64,000 nt of DNA from an uncultured archaeon (GCA_964348065.1 CAYGBE010000214.1:66572-130571), one strand, 5' to 3'; counted from the stretch's first letter, positions 1 to 8,658 are shown. The notes: generated by a model not told the origin, from the sequence alone. Program-made: numbers and translations.

Positions 1-32
1 TAAGTTTTTAACAGGAAAATATAGATGGTAAT

Positions 33-677
33 ATGAAAAATATATTCACAATAACAGCAGTTATAACTATAATAGTTTTTTTAGTTGGAGTGTATGTAGG
101 ATTTGTTCTTGACAGCATGAGGGTTGAAGAGGTTAAAAGCAGAATTACAGAAATAGATAATTTATGGAATGATGTAAGGCTCATGCAATCTTATATTGAA
201 GAATTCTCTAACAAAACAGAATATTGTGATTTTCTTTTAGATGAGAACTTAAAAATAGGAGACAAAATTTATGAAGAGGGTTTAAAAGTTGAAGAATATG
301 AAATGACTAATAGGTTTGCTCCTTTCTTTGTTTTAGAAAAGAAAAGATATGCTTTACTGGACTTACAGTTTTGGTTAAATAGTATAGAATTAAAAAAATC
401 ATGTAATGGAAATTATTCAACAGTCATATATTTTTATTCTCAATATAATAAAACTATAGAACAGGGGTTCCAAGATAGAGTGTTATGGGATTTAAAACAA
501 AAATGTGGACCCCAGATTATTTACATAACATTTCCAGTTGATATGGATATATCTACAATAGGGATGGTTAAAAGAATCTATAATATTGAAAAAACACCTT
601 CTATTTTAATTAATGAGACCCTTTTGTTAGAGAGCCCTATAACAATGAGAGAATTAGAAAAACATGTTAAATGTTAG
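33..677 (+). CDS. hypothetical membrane-anchored protein
   Basis: 214-aa ORF with an N-terminal hydrophobic helix (ITAVITIIVFLVGVYVGFVL) followed by a soluble domain. No family recognised by eye. Tail-to-tail 4-nt overlap with the next ORF. Confidence 0.4.
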   Translation: MKNIFTITAVITIIVFLVGVYVGFVLDSMRVEEVKSRITEIDNLWNDVRLMQSYIEEFSNKTEYCDFLLDENLKIGDKIYEEGLKVEEYEMTNRFAPFFVLEKKRYALLDLQFWLNSIELKKSCNGNYSTVIYFYSQYNKTIEQGFQDRVLWDLKQKCGPQIIYITFPVDMDISTIGMVKRIYNIEKTPSILINETLLLESPITMRELEKHVKC

Positions 678-1291
678 TCTTCCATTAAAACTAAAAGCAT
701 TTTGTCAACAGCCAAATCTAAATCAGTATACTTTCTATTGATTTCAGAAAAATCTTTACCTTGAACTATTATAAGATTATTATTAACTATCACAGATGTT
801 TGGTTAGCATGAGAAGGACCTAATAATAAAATAACTGGTTCTACAGAAGTTGGAACTAAATCATCAGTTGAGTTTATAGGAAGTGATTTTAAACATAATG
901 ATTTATCATAATCAAGAAATGCTAAACAAGAACTTCCATCCACATCATTAAACTTTGCTACTTCTCCTGGAAGGTAATGCCTATAAATAATTTCTAATTT
1001 ATTTCCTATTTCAAAACTTGCTGCACCATAAAAAGCATTTTCAGTGTCATTAGGAAAATAAGCTATGTAAACCTTAAAAACATTTGGATTTAATAAAACG
1101 TCTTTAATTGCATCTTCATTAGGAAAAACAGGAGTTTTATTTGCTTCAAAAATATTTGCTCTAAAATGTCTTACATCACCCTCGTAATATAATGAATGAG
1201 TATCTTTAAAAAAATCTAAATCTTTTAATAGAAAGAAAAGAGCAATAATGATTATAATGATAAGTGGTATAATAATATAAATTTTTTTCAT
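674..1291 (-). CDS. hypothetical N-terminally anchored/secreted protein
   Basis: 205-aa ORF with an N-terminal hydrophobic segment (IYIIIPLIIIIIIALFFLL). No recognisable catalytic motif. Confidence 0.4.
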   Translation of the reverse strand: MKKIYIIIPLIIIIIIALFFLLKDLDFFKDTHSLYYEGDVRHFRANIFEANKTPVFPNEDAIKDVLLNPNVFKVYIAYFPNDTENAFYGAASFEIGNKLEIIYRHYLPGEVAKFNDVDGSSCLAFLDYDKSLCLKSLPINSTDDLVPTSVEPVILLLGPSHANQTSVIVNNNLIIVQGKDFSEINRKYTDLDLAVDKMLLVLMED

Positions 1292-1310
1292 ATTCTGTCC
1301 TCTGATTGTT

Positions 1311-1354
1311 GTGAAATAAAAAGAAAAAGAAAAAAAGGGGAACTGTATTCCCTT
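1311..1354 (-). terminator. putative terminator of the S-layer gene (short hairpin plus long T-run)
   Basis: Read on the minus strand just after the stop at 1367: GGGAA-TACAG-TTCCC hairpin followed by CTTTTTTTCTTTTTCTTTTT. Archaeal termination typically uses oligo-T tracts. Confidence 0.5.
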
Positions 1355-1366
1355 CTTATCTAGCTA

Positions 1367-4159
1367 TTAAGAATAGCTAGGTGTTGCAACTGTTCCTGTA
1401 ACTTCTGTAAAGGATGCCGCTTTTTGAGAGTTTGTAGCTCCTGGGAATCCTGTTTGGACAATTCTAGCTGCCAAATCTGTATCTTGCATTCTTGTACCAG
1501 CAATTACTAATACAGTTTTTCCTGATGCAAATGCGTCAGCAATTAATTGTATTCTTCCAAAGTCTCTTCCTGGCCAACCGGCACAACTATATGGGAATGA
1601 GCCGTCGGAAGCTAATTCTGCTACAAGAGTATTGATACAAGGTCCGCCAACCAATACCATATCATAGTTTGCTTTGTCTGAAGATGTTACTTCGCTGTCA
1701 AGTTTAACAACATCAGATGTAATTGGCAATATTACATCAGTTGTTACTTCGCCTCCAACACCACCACTTGATATTACACCTGTTGGTGTTATAAGATAAA
1801 GGTTTGCATATGTGAATACATCTGGATAACTTATTGTTGCAGAACCTCCGAGTGTTGTACTCAAGTGATCTGTTGTAGTACCGTATGTTGTCATACCCTT
1901 GTACTGTGTATTGGTTCCTAGAATTGCATGGTCTTGATAGTTTGTATCATCTGAGTATAGTGTAATGCCCGCATAAGGTCTTTTTGCTGTATCATCCCAC
2001 AATATTGGAGTGTACAACCAGTTGTGAGTTTGTCCACCTTGGTTTGCTTCTTGGACTAATACGAAACCTGGATTTGTCAATAATCCTGTAACACTTGTTC
2101 CAAGACCAACATTACAAGACGAAGCACCACAGTTCGCAACAATATCCAAGTAATTTGAATCTGAAGTGCCAGTAACATTGTTTATTGTGCTCAAACTAAT
2201 TTGACCGAGACTTGTTGCACCATTGTACAAATAATATGTACCAGTAGTATTTCCTATTATCAATGGTATCATACCGGCTTCCACTGCTACTTTTGCTCCG
2301 TTTGCAGGTGCACTGACTGTTTTATTTCCACTGTAGAAGTACAAACCACCTTGTCCTGTTGTTATTAACTTGGGTACAAGGTAAGAGTACTCATAGCCTG
2401 CTGTATTTGGATAGTAACTTGTATTGCCTGCTATAGCTCCATCACCATTCATATCAACGTTAATTGTTTTCACAGTTGCTGTTGGGTCTACCAAGTAGAC
2501 TTTGAAGGTGTTTCCATCAACTATCAAATCTGCAGTATCTCCTGTACCAAATTGTGTACCTGTTGCTGTTATTGTATTTCCTGCTTCATCTGTAAATGTA
2601 TATGTTTTTGTTGCGTTTGTAAATGCAGTAAATCGTAATACGTGAGAGAAACCTCCTTTGTTTATTACAAAATAATCTTGGTCAACTGCACTTATGTTCA
2701 TGTTTTCATCAAATGCAACATCTCTCCAGTTAGGAGATGTTGTAGGTGCTGAAGCCCATCTCCAGGTTTGTGAAGATGATGTACAGCTATCACAATATAA
2801 TGCAGCAAAGTTGTATTCAGTATCACCAGCGTTCTTATATTTCAAGTACATTGCATATCCAGAAGGTGACATTACTATATTTTGTCTGTTTGCCGCATCA
2901 GTTAAACCTGGAATTACACTGTTGAATTTTATATTAAAGGCACCTGACATTGGATCTGCTATTGATTCTCCCATAACTATCCACTTATTATCTTGTGGTG
3001 TGTGTGTTATGTACAACACTGACCAACCGTTTGCTTCAGATGAAACTATATCAGATCCTAATTGAGTTGCTGTTGTTGATCCTATTGTTACTGTTCCTGT
3101 TGTTGAACCTGAACCACTACCTCTTGTCAACTTAATTTTATCTGCACCAATTGCTATTTTTGCAAAGTCTGCTGCTCCAGTTTTTCCTTGGAAGACTTTT
3201 ATTGCAGCAATTGTTGTTTGTCCATCAGCCATAATTGTTGTTTGTCCTGCTCTTAAGGAGAATGCTTCTCCATTTATGTCTCCTATTGCAGTATAAACTG
3301 TTGTTGAACCTGAGGTTTCAGCAACAACTGATGATAAGGTTATTGTATAATCTAATCCATCAGATGTTATTGTTACTGGTGTTCCAGATTCTACAGTAAC
3401 AACATTTTTACCTCCAAGCAAAGTTATATCTTGAATGTAACCATTTGGAGTTGTACCTCCATGTGTACAATCAGATACAATGAAGTCTTTACCCATTATG
3501 TTTATTGTAGTTCCTTGAAGAACAGCTTGTAGGTTTGCTGTACTTGTTGCACTAGATAATGCAACTGGAGTTGAAAATGTTAATTTGTATGTCCAAAGTG
3601 CTTTAGTTGATGGTACTTTAAATGATAATCTTGGAGTATTTTCTGTTGTTGGTCTATCAAATACTACACTAGCAAAGTTTGTACCTGGATTAGATGTTCC
3701 TAAGTCAGTTTCTCCTAACAAATATATATATTGTTTATAATTGAAGGATCCACCTGTTGTTGATGAGAAGGTGCCTGATCCTAACAAAGATGGTATATCT
3801 GAAGCTGTCATAATTCCTTTTACACGTTGTGGGTTTGCATATGGTTCTAAAAATATACCACTTGTTGCTACTTTTGCTCCGCCTGTAACACTTTCTCCTG
3901 GAATTTCTGTTGTTACAGTTGAAGTTGTTTTAGCGTTTGCTGCCATGTTGACAGCCACGTCAAGAGCACCTGCAACATCTCCTGTTGCTGCACCTGCTCC
4001 AATTACAAATACAGGGAAACTAACTGTTGAATCTGTTACTGTTACCATGTCTGCAATTTTTCCTAATTCCGTTACACTTGTTGCCAATACTGGACCTGTT
4101 AATGCCAATCCTGTCATAAGCGCTGAACCTGCTATTGCAGCTAATTTTTTAAATTGCAT
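1367..4159 (-). CDS. S-layer-type surface (glyco)protein, 930 aa
   Basis: Sec-type signal (MQFKKLAAIAGSALMTGLALTGPVLA). Very T/S/G/N-rich with many N-x-S/T sequons. Cys occurs sparsely, with a group in the C-terminal domain. The motif there (MVLVGGPCINTLVAEL...VLVIAGTRMQDTDLAARIV) resembles the LVGGPxxN motif I recall from methanogen S-layer proteins (from memory). Strong GGAGG Shine-Dalgarno (SD) sequence and a T-run terminator are present. Confidence 0.7.
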   Translation of the reverse strand: MQFKKLAAIAGSALMTGLALTGPVLATSVTELGKIADMVTVTDSTVSFPVFVIGAGAATGDVAGALDVAVNMAANAKTTSTVTTEIPGESVTGGAKVATSGIFLEPYANPQRVKGIMTASDIPSLLGSGTFSSTTGGSFNYKQYIYLLGETDLGTSNPGTNFASVVFDRPTTENTPRLSFKVPSTKALWTYKLTFSTPVALSSATSTANLQAVLQGTTINIMGKDFIVSDCTHGGTTPNGYIQDITLLGGKNVVTVESGTPVTITSDGLDYTITLSSVVAETSGSTTVYTAIGDINGEAFSLRAGQTTIMADGQTTIAAIKVFQGKTGAADFAKIAIGADKIKLTRGSGSGSTTGTVTIGSTTATQLGSDIVSSEANGWSVLYITHTPQDNKWIVMGESIADPMSGAFNIKFNSVIPGLTDAANRQNIVMSPSGYAMYLKYKNAGDTEYNFAALYCDSCTSSSQTWRWASAPTTSPNWRDVAFDENMNISAVDQDYFVINKGGFSHVLRFTAFTNATKTYTFTDEAGNTITATGTQFGTGDTADLIVDGNTFKVYLVDPTATVKTINVDMNGDGAIAGNTSYYPNTAGYEYSYLVPKLITTGQGGLYFYSGNKTVSAPANGAKVAVEAGMIPLIIGNTTGTYYLYNGATSLGQISLSTINNVTGTSDSNYLDIVANCGASSCNVGLGTSVTGLLTNPGFVLVQEANQGGQTHNWLYTPILWDDTAKRPYAGITLYSDDTNYQDHAILGTNTQYKGMTTYGTTTDHLSTTLGGSATISYPDVFTYANLYLITPTGVISSGGVGGEVTTDVILPITSDVVKLDSEVTSSDKANYDMVLVGGPCINTLVAELASDGSFPYSCAGWPGRDFGRIQLIADAFASGKTVLVIAGTRMQDTDLAARIVQTGFPGATNSQKAASFTEVTGTVATPSYS

Positions 4160-4330
4160 TTTTTATTCCTCCTCACTTATATAAAATTTTTTTTACGCGG
4201 TGTATGCGCTTTCTTGGCGCCAAAATGCGCTTGCGCGCCAAAAAGATTATTACTTCTAGTAAATTCTGGCACCAATTTTGATAAGAATTATTGTATAAAA
4301 CTAGGATATATAAACTTCTAGAAACTGTTT
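4160..4330 (-). promoter_or_regulatory. S-layer gene upstream region: SD, TATA-like boxes and a GC-rich palindromic leader element (4195-4241)
   Basis: Minus strand reads ...GTTTATATATCC...(about 60 nt)...TTTTTGGCGCGCAAGCGCATTTTGGCGCCAAGAAAGCGCATACACCGCG-A8-TTTTATATAA-GTGAGGAGG-AATAAAAA-ATG. GGAGG lies at 4168-4172. TTGGCGCCAA is a perfect palindrome. Confidence 0.5.
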
Positions 4331-4414
4331 TCTATACTATTAGTTATTGTTTCCGAATATATTTTGAAATTAAAATAAGAATTTTTGTACATTCTAATTG
4401 TTTCTAAAGGCTTT

Positions 4415-5311
4415 TTAGGTCTTCTTTTCAATATTCCTCTCTATATAGACTTTGTTTTTTCTGCCAATTCGTTCAAGTCTTACAAGGCCCCTTTCTTTCA
4501 AACTATTAAGAACTTTTGATACTTTTGCCTTAGAATAACCACTATCTTTAACAATTATTTTTTGATTAACACCATCACCATGCTTAATAATTGTATTATA
4601 AATTATTTTTTCATCTTTTTTTAATACAGGTAAAATTATTTTTACAGTTTTTTGTTTCCAATAAAAATTATAGAAGAATAAAATACCTACAAATACTATA
4701 ATAATAATTACTATAAAAAATTGAAATGGAAATTCTGATATAATAATATTTCCACCTCCAATTTTTTCAAAGGCTACAGAAACATCAACTCTTTCTTCTT
4801 TTTTCAAATCATTTAATTGCCAATTAATAATTGTTCTTCTTCCATCTGATCCTATTAAAGCATCTTGTGGACTATAAGAATTTTCTACAGGTTCTCTTAG
4901 GCCAGTTCCTTCTGGCAATTTAAGTAATATTGGAATATTTACAACATCATCTATCATTTTAAACGAATCTGTAAATAAAAAATAACTATCTCGTTTACTA
5001 ACTTTTTGTTCAGAATCATAACTTATAATAACAACAGTTCTGTTTGAAGCCTCCATAATACAAACCACATCTGTTTCTAACATTTCTGTTTGAATTCTGC
5101 AATCTGCAACAGAATTAACTTTAACATTATCGGGAGAACCAAGGGATATAGTAAAATTGTGTGTTTGGTGTTCTACAAAAATTAAGGTTAATTTATAATT
5201 AACACTATTGTTTTCAAAAATTTCTGCTGTAACCCAATACTGATACATTTCTTGTGAGAGACATGGAACTGAAAATAAAATAAAGAATATTAAAATCAAA
5301 ATTTTTTTCAT
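4415..5311 (-). CDS. membrane-spanning winged-helix transcriptional regulator (COG2512-like architecture)
   Basis: Signal peptide (MKKILILIFFILFSVPCLSQ), ~170-aa outside domain and one TM helix (FFIVIIIIVFVGILFFYNFYW). C-terminal MarR/wHTH-like segment (GVNQKIIVKDSGYSKAKVSKVLNSLKERGLVRLERIGRKNKVYI). Confidence 0.6.
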   Translation of the reverse strand: MKKILILIFFILFSVPCLSQEMYQYWVTAEIFENNSVNYKLTLIFVEHQTHNFTISLGSPDNVKVNSVADCRIQTEMLETDVVCIMEASNRTVVIISYDSEQKVSKRDSYFLFTDSFKMIDDVVNIPILLKLPEGTGLREPVENSYSPQDALIGSDGRRTIINWQLNDLKKEERVDVSVAFEKIGGGNIIISEFPFQFFIVIIIIVFVGILFFYNFYWKQKTVKIILPVLKKDEKIIYNTIIKHGDGVNQKIIVKDSGYSKAKVSKVLNSLKERGLVRLERIGRKNKVYIERNIEKKT

Positions 5312-5315
5312 TTTA

Positions 5316-5753
5316 TCACTCTTTAACCTTCATGAAAACTATCCCGCCAGCTCCGGATGCTGCAATTCTATGCATCATTTGTGAAATTGAATTTAAGATT
5401 GCCTGAGCTTCTCCAACATTTAAATTGAATTTTTCTGGTTCTAATATTTCTATTGCAGACGGTCCATACTCAATAGCAATTTGAGCAAGGTTATCAAACT
5501 TTTTAGATACTAAATTAATTTCACTAGTTATTGAGTAACCAACTTCAACATTTTTAATTGGTTTTTCAACTTTCTTTGCTTCTCCAAAACTTTTTTTATA
5601 AACTTTCACTCTTTCATCGTTATCAAGTTTTTTAATCAAAGATTCTAATGCATCCTTTGCCACACTCTCATTTATGGCCAGAGCCTCGAAAACAATCCAA
5701 GATCTGAACCATCCGTCTCTGACTTTTTCATTAGCTTCTTCCTCAGTTATCAT
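5316..5753 (-). CDS. hypothetical cytoplasmic protein
   Basis: 145-aa ORF with no TM segment and no recognisable motif. Tightly packed (4-nt gap) with the downstream regulator gene. Confidence 0.4.
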   Translation of the reverse strand: MITEEEANEKVRDGWFRSWIVFEALAINESVAKDALESLIKKLDNDERVKVYKKSFGEAKKVEKPIKNVEVGYSITSEINLVSKKFDNLAQIAIEYGPSAIEILEPEKFNLNVGEAQAILNSISQMMHRIAASGAGGIVFMKVKE

Positions 5754-5783
5754 AGAATTATTTTCTTTCTTAAACCTTTAAAT

Positions 5784-6821
5784 TTATTTCCAAAGGCCCT
5801 CAGGTATCCATTTTTCGCCTGAAATGGATATTTTTTCTCCACAATGAAAACATGTTAAATCCTTTTTCAAAAAAGATTTTTTAACACCCAAGATCGTTCT
5901 TTCAATAACAGGATTACCACAATTATTACAATAAGTGTTTTCTAACTCATGATTATGAACATTTCCTAAATAAACATACTTTAATCCTTGTTTTTTTGCT
6001 ATTTCATAGGCCTTTTCCATTGTTTTAAGAGGTGTTCTGGGCAGATCTGTTAATTTAAAAGTTGGAAAGAATTGAATTAGGTGAAGAGGAGTTTCATTAC
6101 CTAAATTTTCGATTATCCATTTACAAAGTTTTTTAACATCATTCAAATTATCTCCAAGTTTAGGGACTATTAAATCTGTTATTTCAATGTAAATCTTGTT
6201 TTTCTTGTAAGCTAATAGGGCATCAAATATTGGATCCACAGAAGGAACGCTTGAGAATTCATTATAAAATTTTGTATTTGCAGAACCTTTAAAATCAACA
6301 ACAGCTGCATCTAAGTATTTTGATATTTCTTTTATTGCTTCTGGAGAAGTATAACCGTTTGTAACAAACATGTTGTACAATCCATTCTTTTTAGCTAATT
6401 TTGCAGTATCATAAGAAAATTCATAAAATATTGTTGGTTCCACATATGTGTAAGAAAAACCCTGAACATTATATTTTTTTGCTAAATCAATTAATTGCTC
6501 AGAAGTATAATCTTCACCAATAACATGTGTCCACTCTTGTGATATTCCATAATTACAACAAAACTTACATCTAAAATTACAACCAACTGAAGAAATTGAT
6601 AAAGTTTTAGAACCTGGAGCAAACATGTATAATGGTTTTTTCTCTATAGGATCTACTGCCACTGATACTAGTTTTCCATAAACAAGAGAATATAATTTAC
6701 CTTTTATGTTTTTTCTAACCTTACAAAAGCCTACTTGTTTTTCTGGTATAATACAGTTTCTAGCACATAAACCACATTTAACAGCGTTTTTAACTTGTTT
6801 ATAGAACATAGCTTCTTTCAT
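5784..6821 (-). CDS. radical SAM enzyme, AmmeMemoRadiSam/PflA-activase-like
   Basis: CxxxCxxC cluster motif (CNFRCKFCCN). N-terminal Cys-rich segment (KCGLCARNCIIPEKQVGFCKVRKN) and C-terminal CNNCG...CFHCG are typical of the AmmeMemoRadiSam radical SAM family. Confidence 0.75.
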   Translation of the reverse strand: MKEAMFYKQVKNAVKCGLCARNCIIPEKQVGFCKVRKNIKGKLYSLVYGKLVSVAVDPIEKKPLYMFAPGSKTLSISSVGCNFRCKFCCNYGISQEWTHVIGEDYTSEQLIDLAKKYNVQGFSYTYVEPTIFYEFSYDTAKLAKKNGLYNMFVTNGYTSPEAIKEISKYLDAAVVDFKGSANTKFYNEFSSVPSVDPIFDALLAYKKNKIYIEITDLIVPKLGDNLNDVKKLCKWIIENLGNETPLHLIQFFPTFKLTDLPRTPLKTMEKAYEIAKKQGLKYVYLGNVHNHELENTYCNNCGNPVIERTILGVKKSFLKKDLTCFHCGEKISISGEKWIPEGLWK

Positions 6822-6859
6822 AATAACTTATATAATTTTCAAATATTTTATAGTATTAT

Positions 6860-6934
6860 GCCTCAGTAGCTCAGTCTGGTTAGAGCGACTGTCTCGTAAA
6901 CAGTAGGTCGCAGGTTCAAATCCTGCCTGAGGCT
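6860..6934 (+). tRNA. tRNA-Thr (anticodon CGU)
   Basis: Hand-folded cloverleaf: GCCTCAG/CTGAGGC acceptor, GCTC..GAGC D-arm, ACTGT-CTCGTAA-ACAGT anticodon arm, GCAGG-TTCAAAT-CCTGC T-arm. Confidence 0.9.
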
Positions 6935-7042
6935 TTTAGTGATTGAATGAAACAAACAAAGATTCTTTGGTCTATTTATTGTATCTTAACTTACCTCACT
7001 TTTAAAAAGATTTAAATAGATGCGCTTTAAAAATCATATAAA

Positions 7043-7351
7043 GTGAAAAGAATGGAGTGGATAACGTTTGTTAAAAAAGAAAATGTAAATAAAGCTGAAG
7101 AAAAATTAAGAAGTGATTTTGATATAGCAGCCAAACAAAGTATAACAGTAAGAGATGCAAAATCTTTGGATATGGAAAAAGATGGAAGTTTCTTTTTAAT
7201 TGATGGAACAGAAGATGGAGTAGAAAAATGTAAAGAACTGATAAATGAGTTTGTTGAAGAAATTAATGAAGAAGATCTGAAAAAAGCAAGAGAAAAGATT
7301 AAAGAAGAAGAAGATAAAGCAGCAGAAGCATTTGGCGGAATATTGGGATAA
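7043..7351 (+). CDS. hypothetical acidic protein with ribosomal-stalk-like C-terminal tail
   Basis: 102-aa ORF with a GTG start (alternative ATG at 7052). The C-terminus is KIKEEEDKAAEAFGGILG. Confidence 0.45.
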   Translation: MKRMEWITFVKKENVNKAEEKLRSDFDIAAKQSITVRDAKSLDMEKDGSFFLIDGTEDGVEKCKELINEFVEEINEEDLKKAREKIKEEEDKAAEAFGGILG

Positions 7352-7353
7352 AA

Positions 7354-7611
7354 ATGATGGCTATATTTACATTAGGAGCAGATGAAATAAGAGTAAGACA
7401 AATGGAAGAAATAGCTGATGCTTGGGGTTTTGCTGGAAAATATTCAAGTATAGAAAAACTTTTGGATGATGCTAAAAAAAAGAAATTTGATTCTGTTTTA
7501 GTTATAGACCATGAAGCTTTGGAAGATGAAGCCAAAATAGAGCTTAATGCGCTTGGTATTGAAATAATTGGCTTTAAAGATAAGAAAGTCTTGGAAAAAA
7601 AGATCTTTTAA
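7354..7611 (+). CDS. hypothetical small protein
   Basis: 85-aa ORF lying 2 nt after the previous stop. No motif recognised. Confidence 0.4.
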   Translation: MMAIFTLGADEIRVRQMEEIADAWGFAGKYSSIEKLLDDAKKKKFDSVLVIDHEALEDEAKIELNALGIEIIGFKDKKVLEKKIF

Positions 7612-7640
7612 TAAATAATTTCTTAACAATTAATTTTTGT

Positions 7641-7712
7641 GCGCCGATAGTCTAATGGTTAGGACATCAGCTTCCCAAGCTGACGATTCGGGTTCGAATC
7701 CCGGTCGGCGCA
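7641..7712 (+). tRNA. tRNA-Gly (anticodon CCC)
   Basis: GCGCCGA/TCGGCGC acceptor, TCAGC-TTCCCAA-GCTGA anticodon arm, TCGGG-TTCGAAT-CCCGG T-arm. Confidence 0.9.
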
Positions 7713-7716
7713 TCAT
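7693..7716 (+). repeat. direct repeat copy 1 (T-loop to 3' end of tRNA-Gly plus 4 nt)
   Basis: TTCGAATCCCGGTCGGCGCATCAT is repeated exactly at 8006-8029. Confidence 0.9.
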
Positions 7717-7788
7717 GTTCTTGACCGGGATGAGGTCTAGACCTAATAAAAAACATGGTATTTAAATCAAGAATTTTAAATTAATTAT

Positions 7789-7968
7789 ATGACTTATTGT
7801 GCTATAAACCCTATTTTAGTGTTAATACCATCAATAATTATTCCATTAATTGTTATTTATCTTATTAAGAAGCTTTCTTTAGTTACTAAAATAATTTTAT
7901 TTATATTCTTATTTGGAGCCATCTCTGTTTATCTCGCATTTTTTAGTCCATGGTTATGTAATGTCTAA
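7789..7968 (+). CDS. possible 59-aa two-helix membrane micro-protein inside the repeat-bounded insert
   Basis: ATG..TAA ORF below the track cutoff: MTYCAINPILVLIPSIIIPLIVIYLIKKLSLVTKIILFIFLFGAISVYLAFFSPWLCNV. Two hydrophobic helices; no SD seen. Confidence 0.3.
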   Translation: MTYCAINPILVLIPSIIIPLIVIYLIKKLSLVTKIILFIFLFGAISVYLAFFSPWLCNV

Positions 7969-8005
7969 AGGAAGAGGGTTAAGGGAGAAACGTAGTTTCT
8001 CCTTA

Positions 8006-8029
8006 TTCGAATCCCGGTCGGCGCATCAT
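8006..8029 (+). repeat. direct repeat copy 2 (orphan tRNA-Gly 3' fragment)
   Basis: Exact 24-nt copy of 7693-7716, preceded by a hairpin GGAGAAAC-GTA-GTTTCTCC (7984-8002). No 5' tRNA half lies upstream. Confidence 0.9.
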
Positions 8030-8058
8030 TTTATTTAAAAGAAAACAAACAATTTAGT

Positions 8059-8535
8059 ATGGCTGAACAGACTTATTTAATATTCAACCCAACAAGATTA
8101 GCATATTTTCTCTGGTACTTTTTTTCAATAATTATGATAATTCTTGGTATTTTATTGTTCTTTGATATTATACCGATTTCATCTTTTATTCCGAATTATA
8201 ATATTTATTTTTTGATTTTTCTTGTTGCTGTTGGAATTATTTTAATGGGAATTGCTGAAATTTTAAGAAAAACTGATAAATATGCAATAACAAATTTCAG
8301 AATTATAGAAAAAAGGGGTATAATAAACATTAAAGAAGATTCAATTTACTGGGAAAAGGTAGCCAATTATTCTTTAAATCAAAATTTGTTTGACAGAATT
8401 TTTAGAGTTGGTACAATAAAATTGTGGAGTATGGGTGGTGGAGGAGAAGGTATGAATCCTGAAGTAACAGTCAAAAAAGCTCCACACGTCAAAAAAATAA
8501 GATTTCTTTTAGACAAACTAATACAAAGAAAATAA
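8059..8535 (+). CDS. membrane protein with bacterial-type PH (bPH_2/YdbS-like) domain
   Basis: Two N-terminal TM helices, then a YAITNFRIIEKRGIINIKEDSIYWEKVANYSLNQNLFDRIFRVGTIKL pattern typical of bPH_2 domains. Confidence 0.55.
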   Translation: MAEQTYLIFNPTRLAYFLWYFFSIIMIILGILLFFDIIPISSFIPNYNIYFLIFLVAVGIILMGIAEILRKTDKYAITNFRIIEKRGIINIKEDSIYWEKVANYSLNQNLFDRIFRVGTIKLWSMGGGGEGMNPEVTVKKAPHVKKIRFLLDKLIQRK

Positions 8536-8572
8536 TTCTTATAAATATTTGTTATTTTAATTAAAATAAGAT

Positions 8573-8645
8573 GGGCCAGTGGTCTAGTGGCTATGACGCT
8601 ACCTTGACAAGGTAGAGGTCGCAGGTTCGAGTCCTGCCTGGCCCA
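8573..8645 (+). tRNA. tRNA-Val (anticodon GAC)
   Basis: GGGCCAG/CTGGCCC acceptor, CTACC-TTGACAA-GGTAG anticodon arm, GCAGG-TTCGAGT-CCTGC T-arm. Confidence 0.9.
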
Positions 8646-8658
8646 CTAAGGTGAAAAA

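Noticed and set aside
2694-4184. Plus-strand ORFs 2694-3065 (123 aa) and 3741-4184 (147 aa) inside the S-layer gene
   Set aside because: They lie fully antisense to a 930-aa gene with a coherent signal peptide, SD and terminator. Their translations are low-complexity mirror images (A/P/V/T-rich) typical of shadow ORFs.
7693-8029. CRISPR array or split/permuted tRNA as the explanation for the repeated tRNA-Gly 3' end
   Set aside because: There are only two copies, one of them inside an intact tRNA. The orphan copy starts at the T-loop (position ~54), which is not a known split-tRNA junction, and it lacks a complementary leader. An att-type duplication is more parsimonious.
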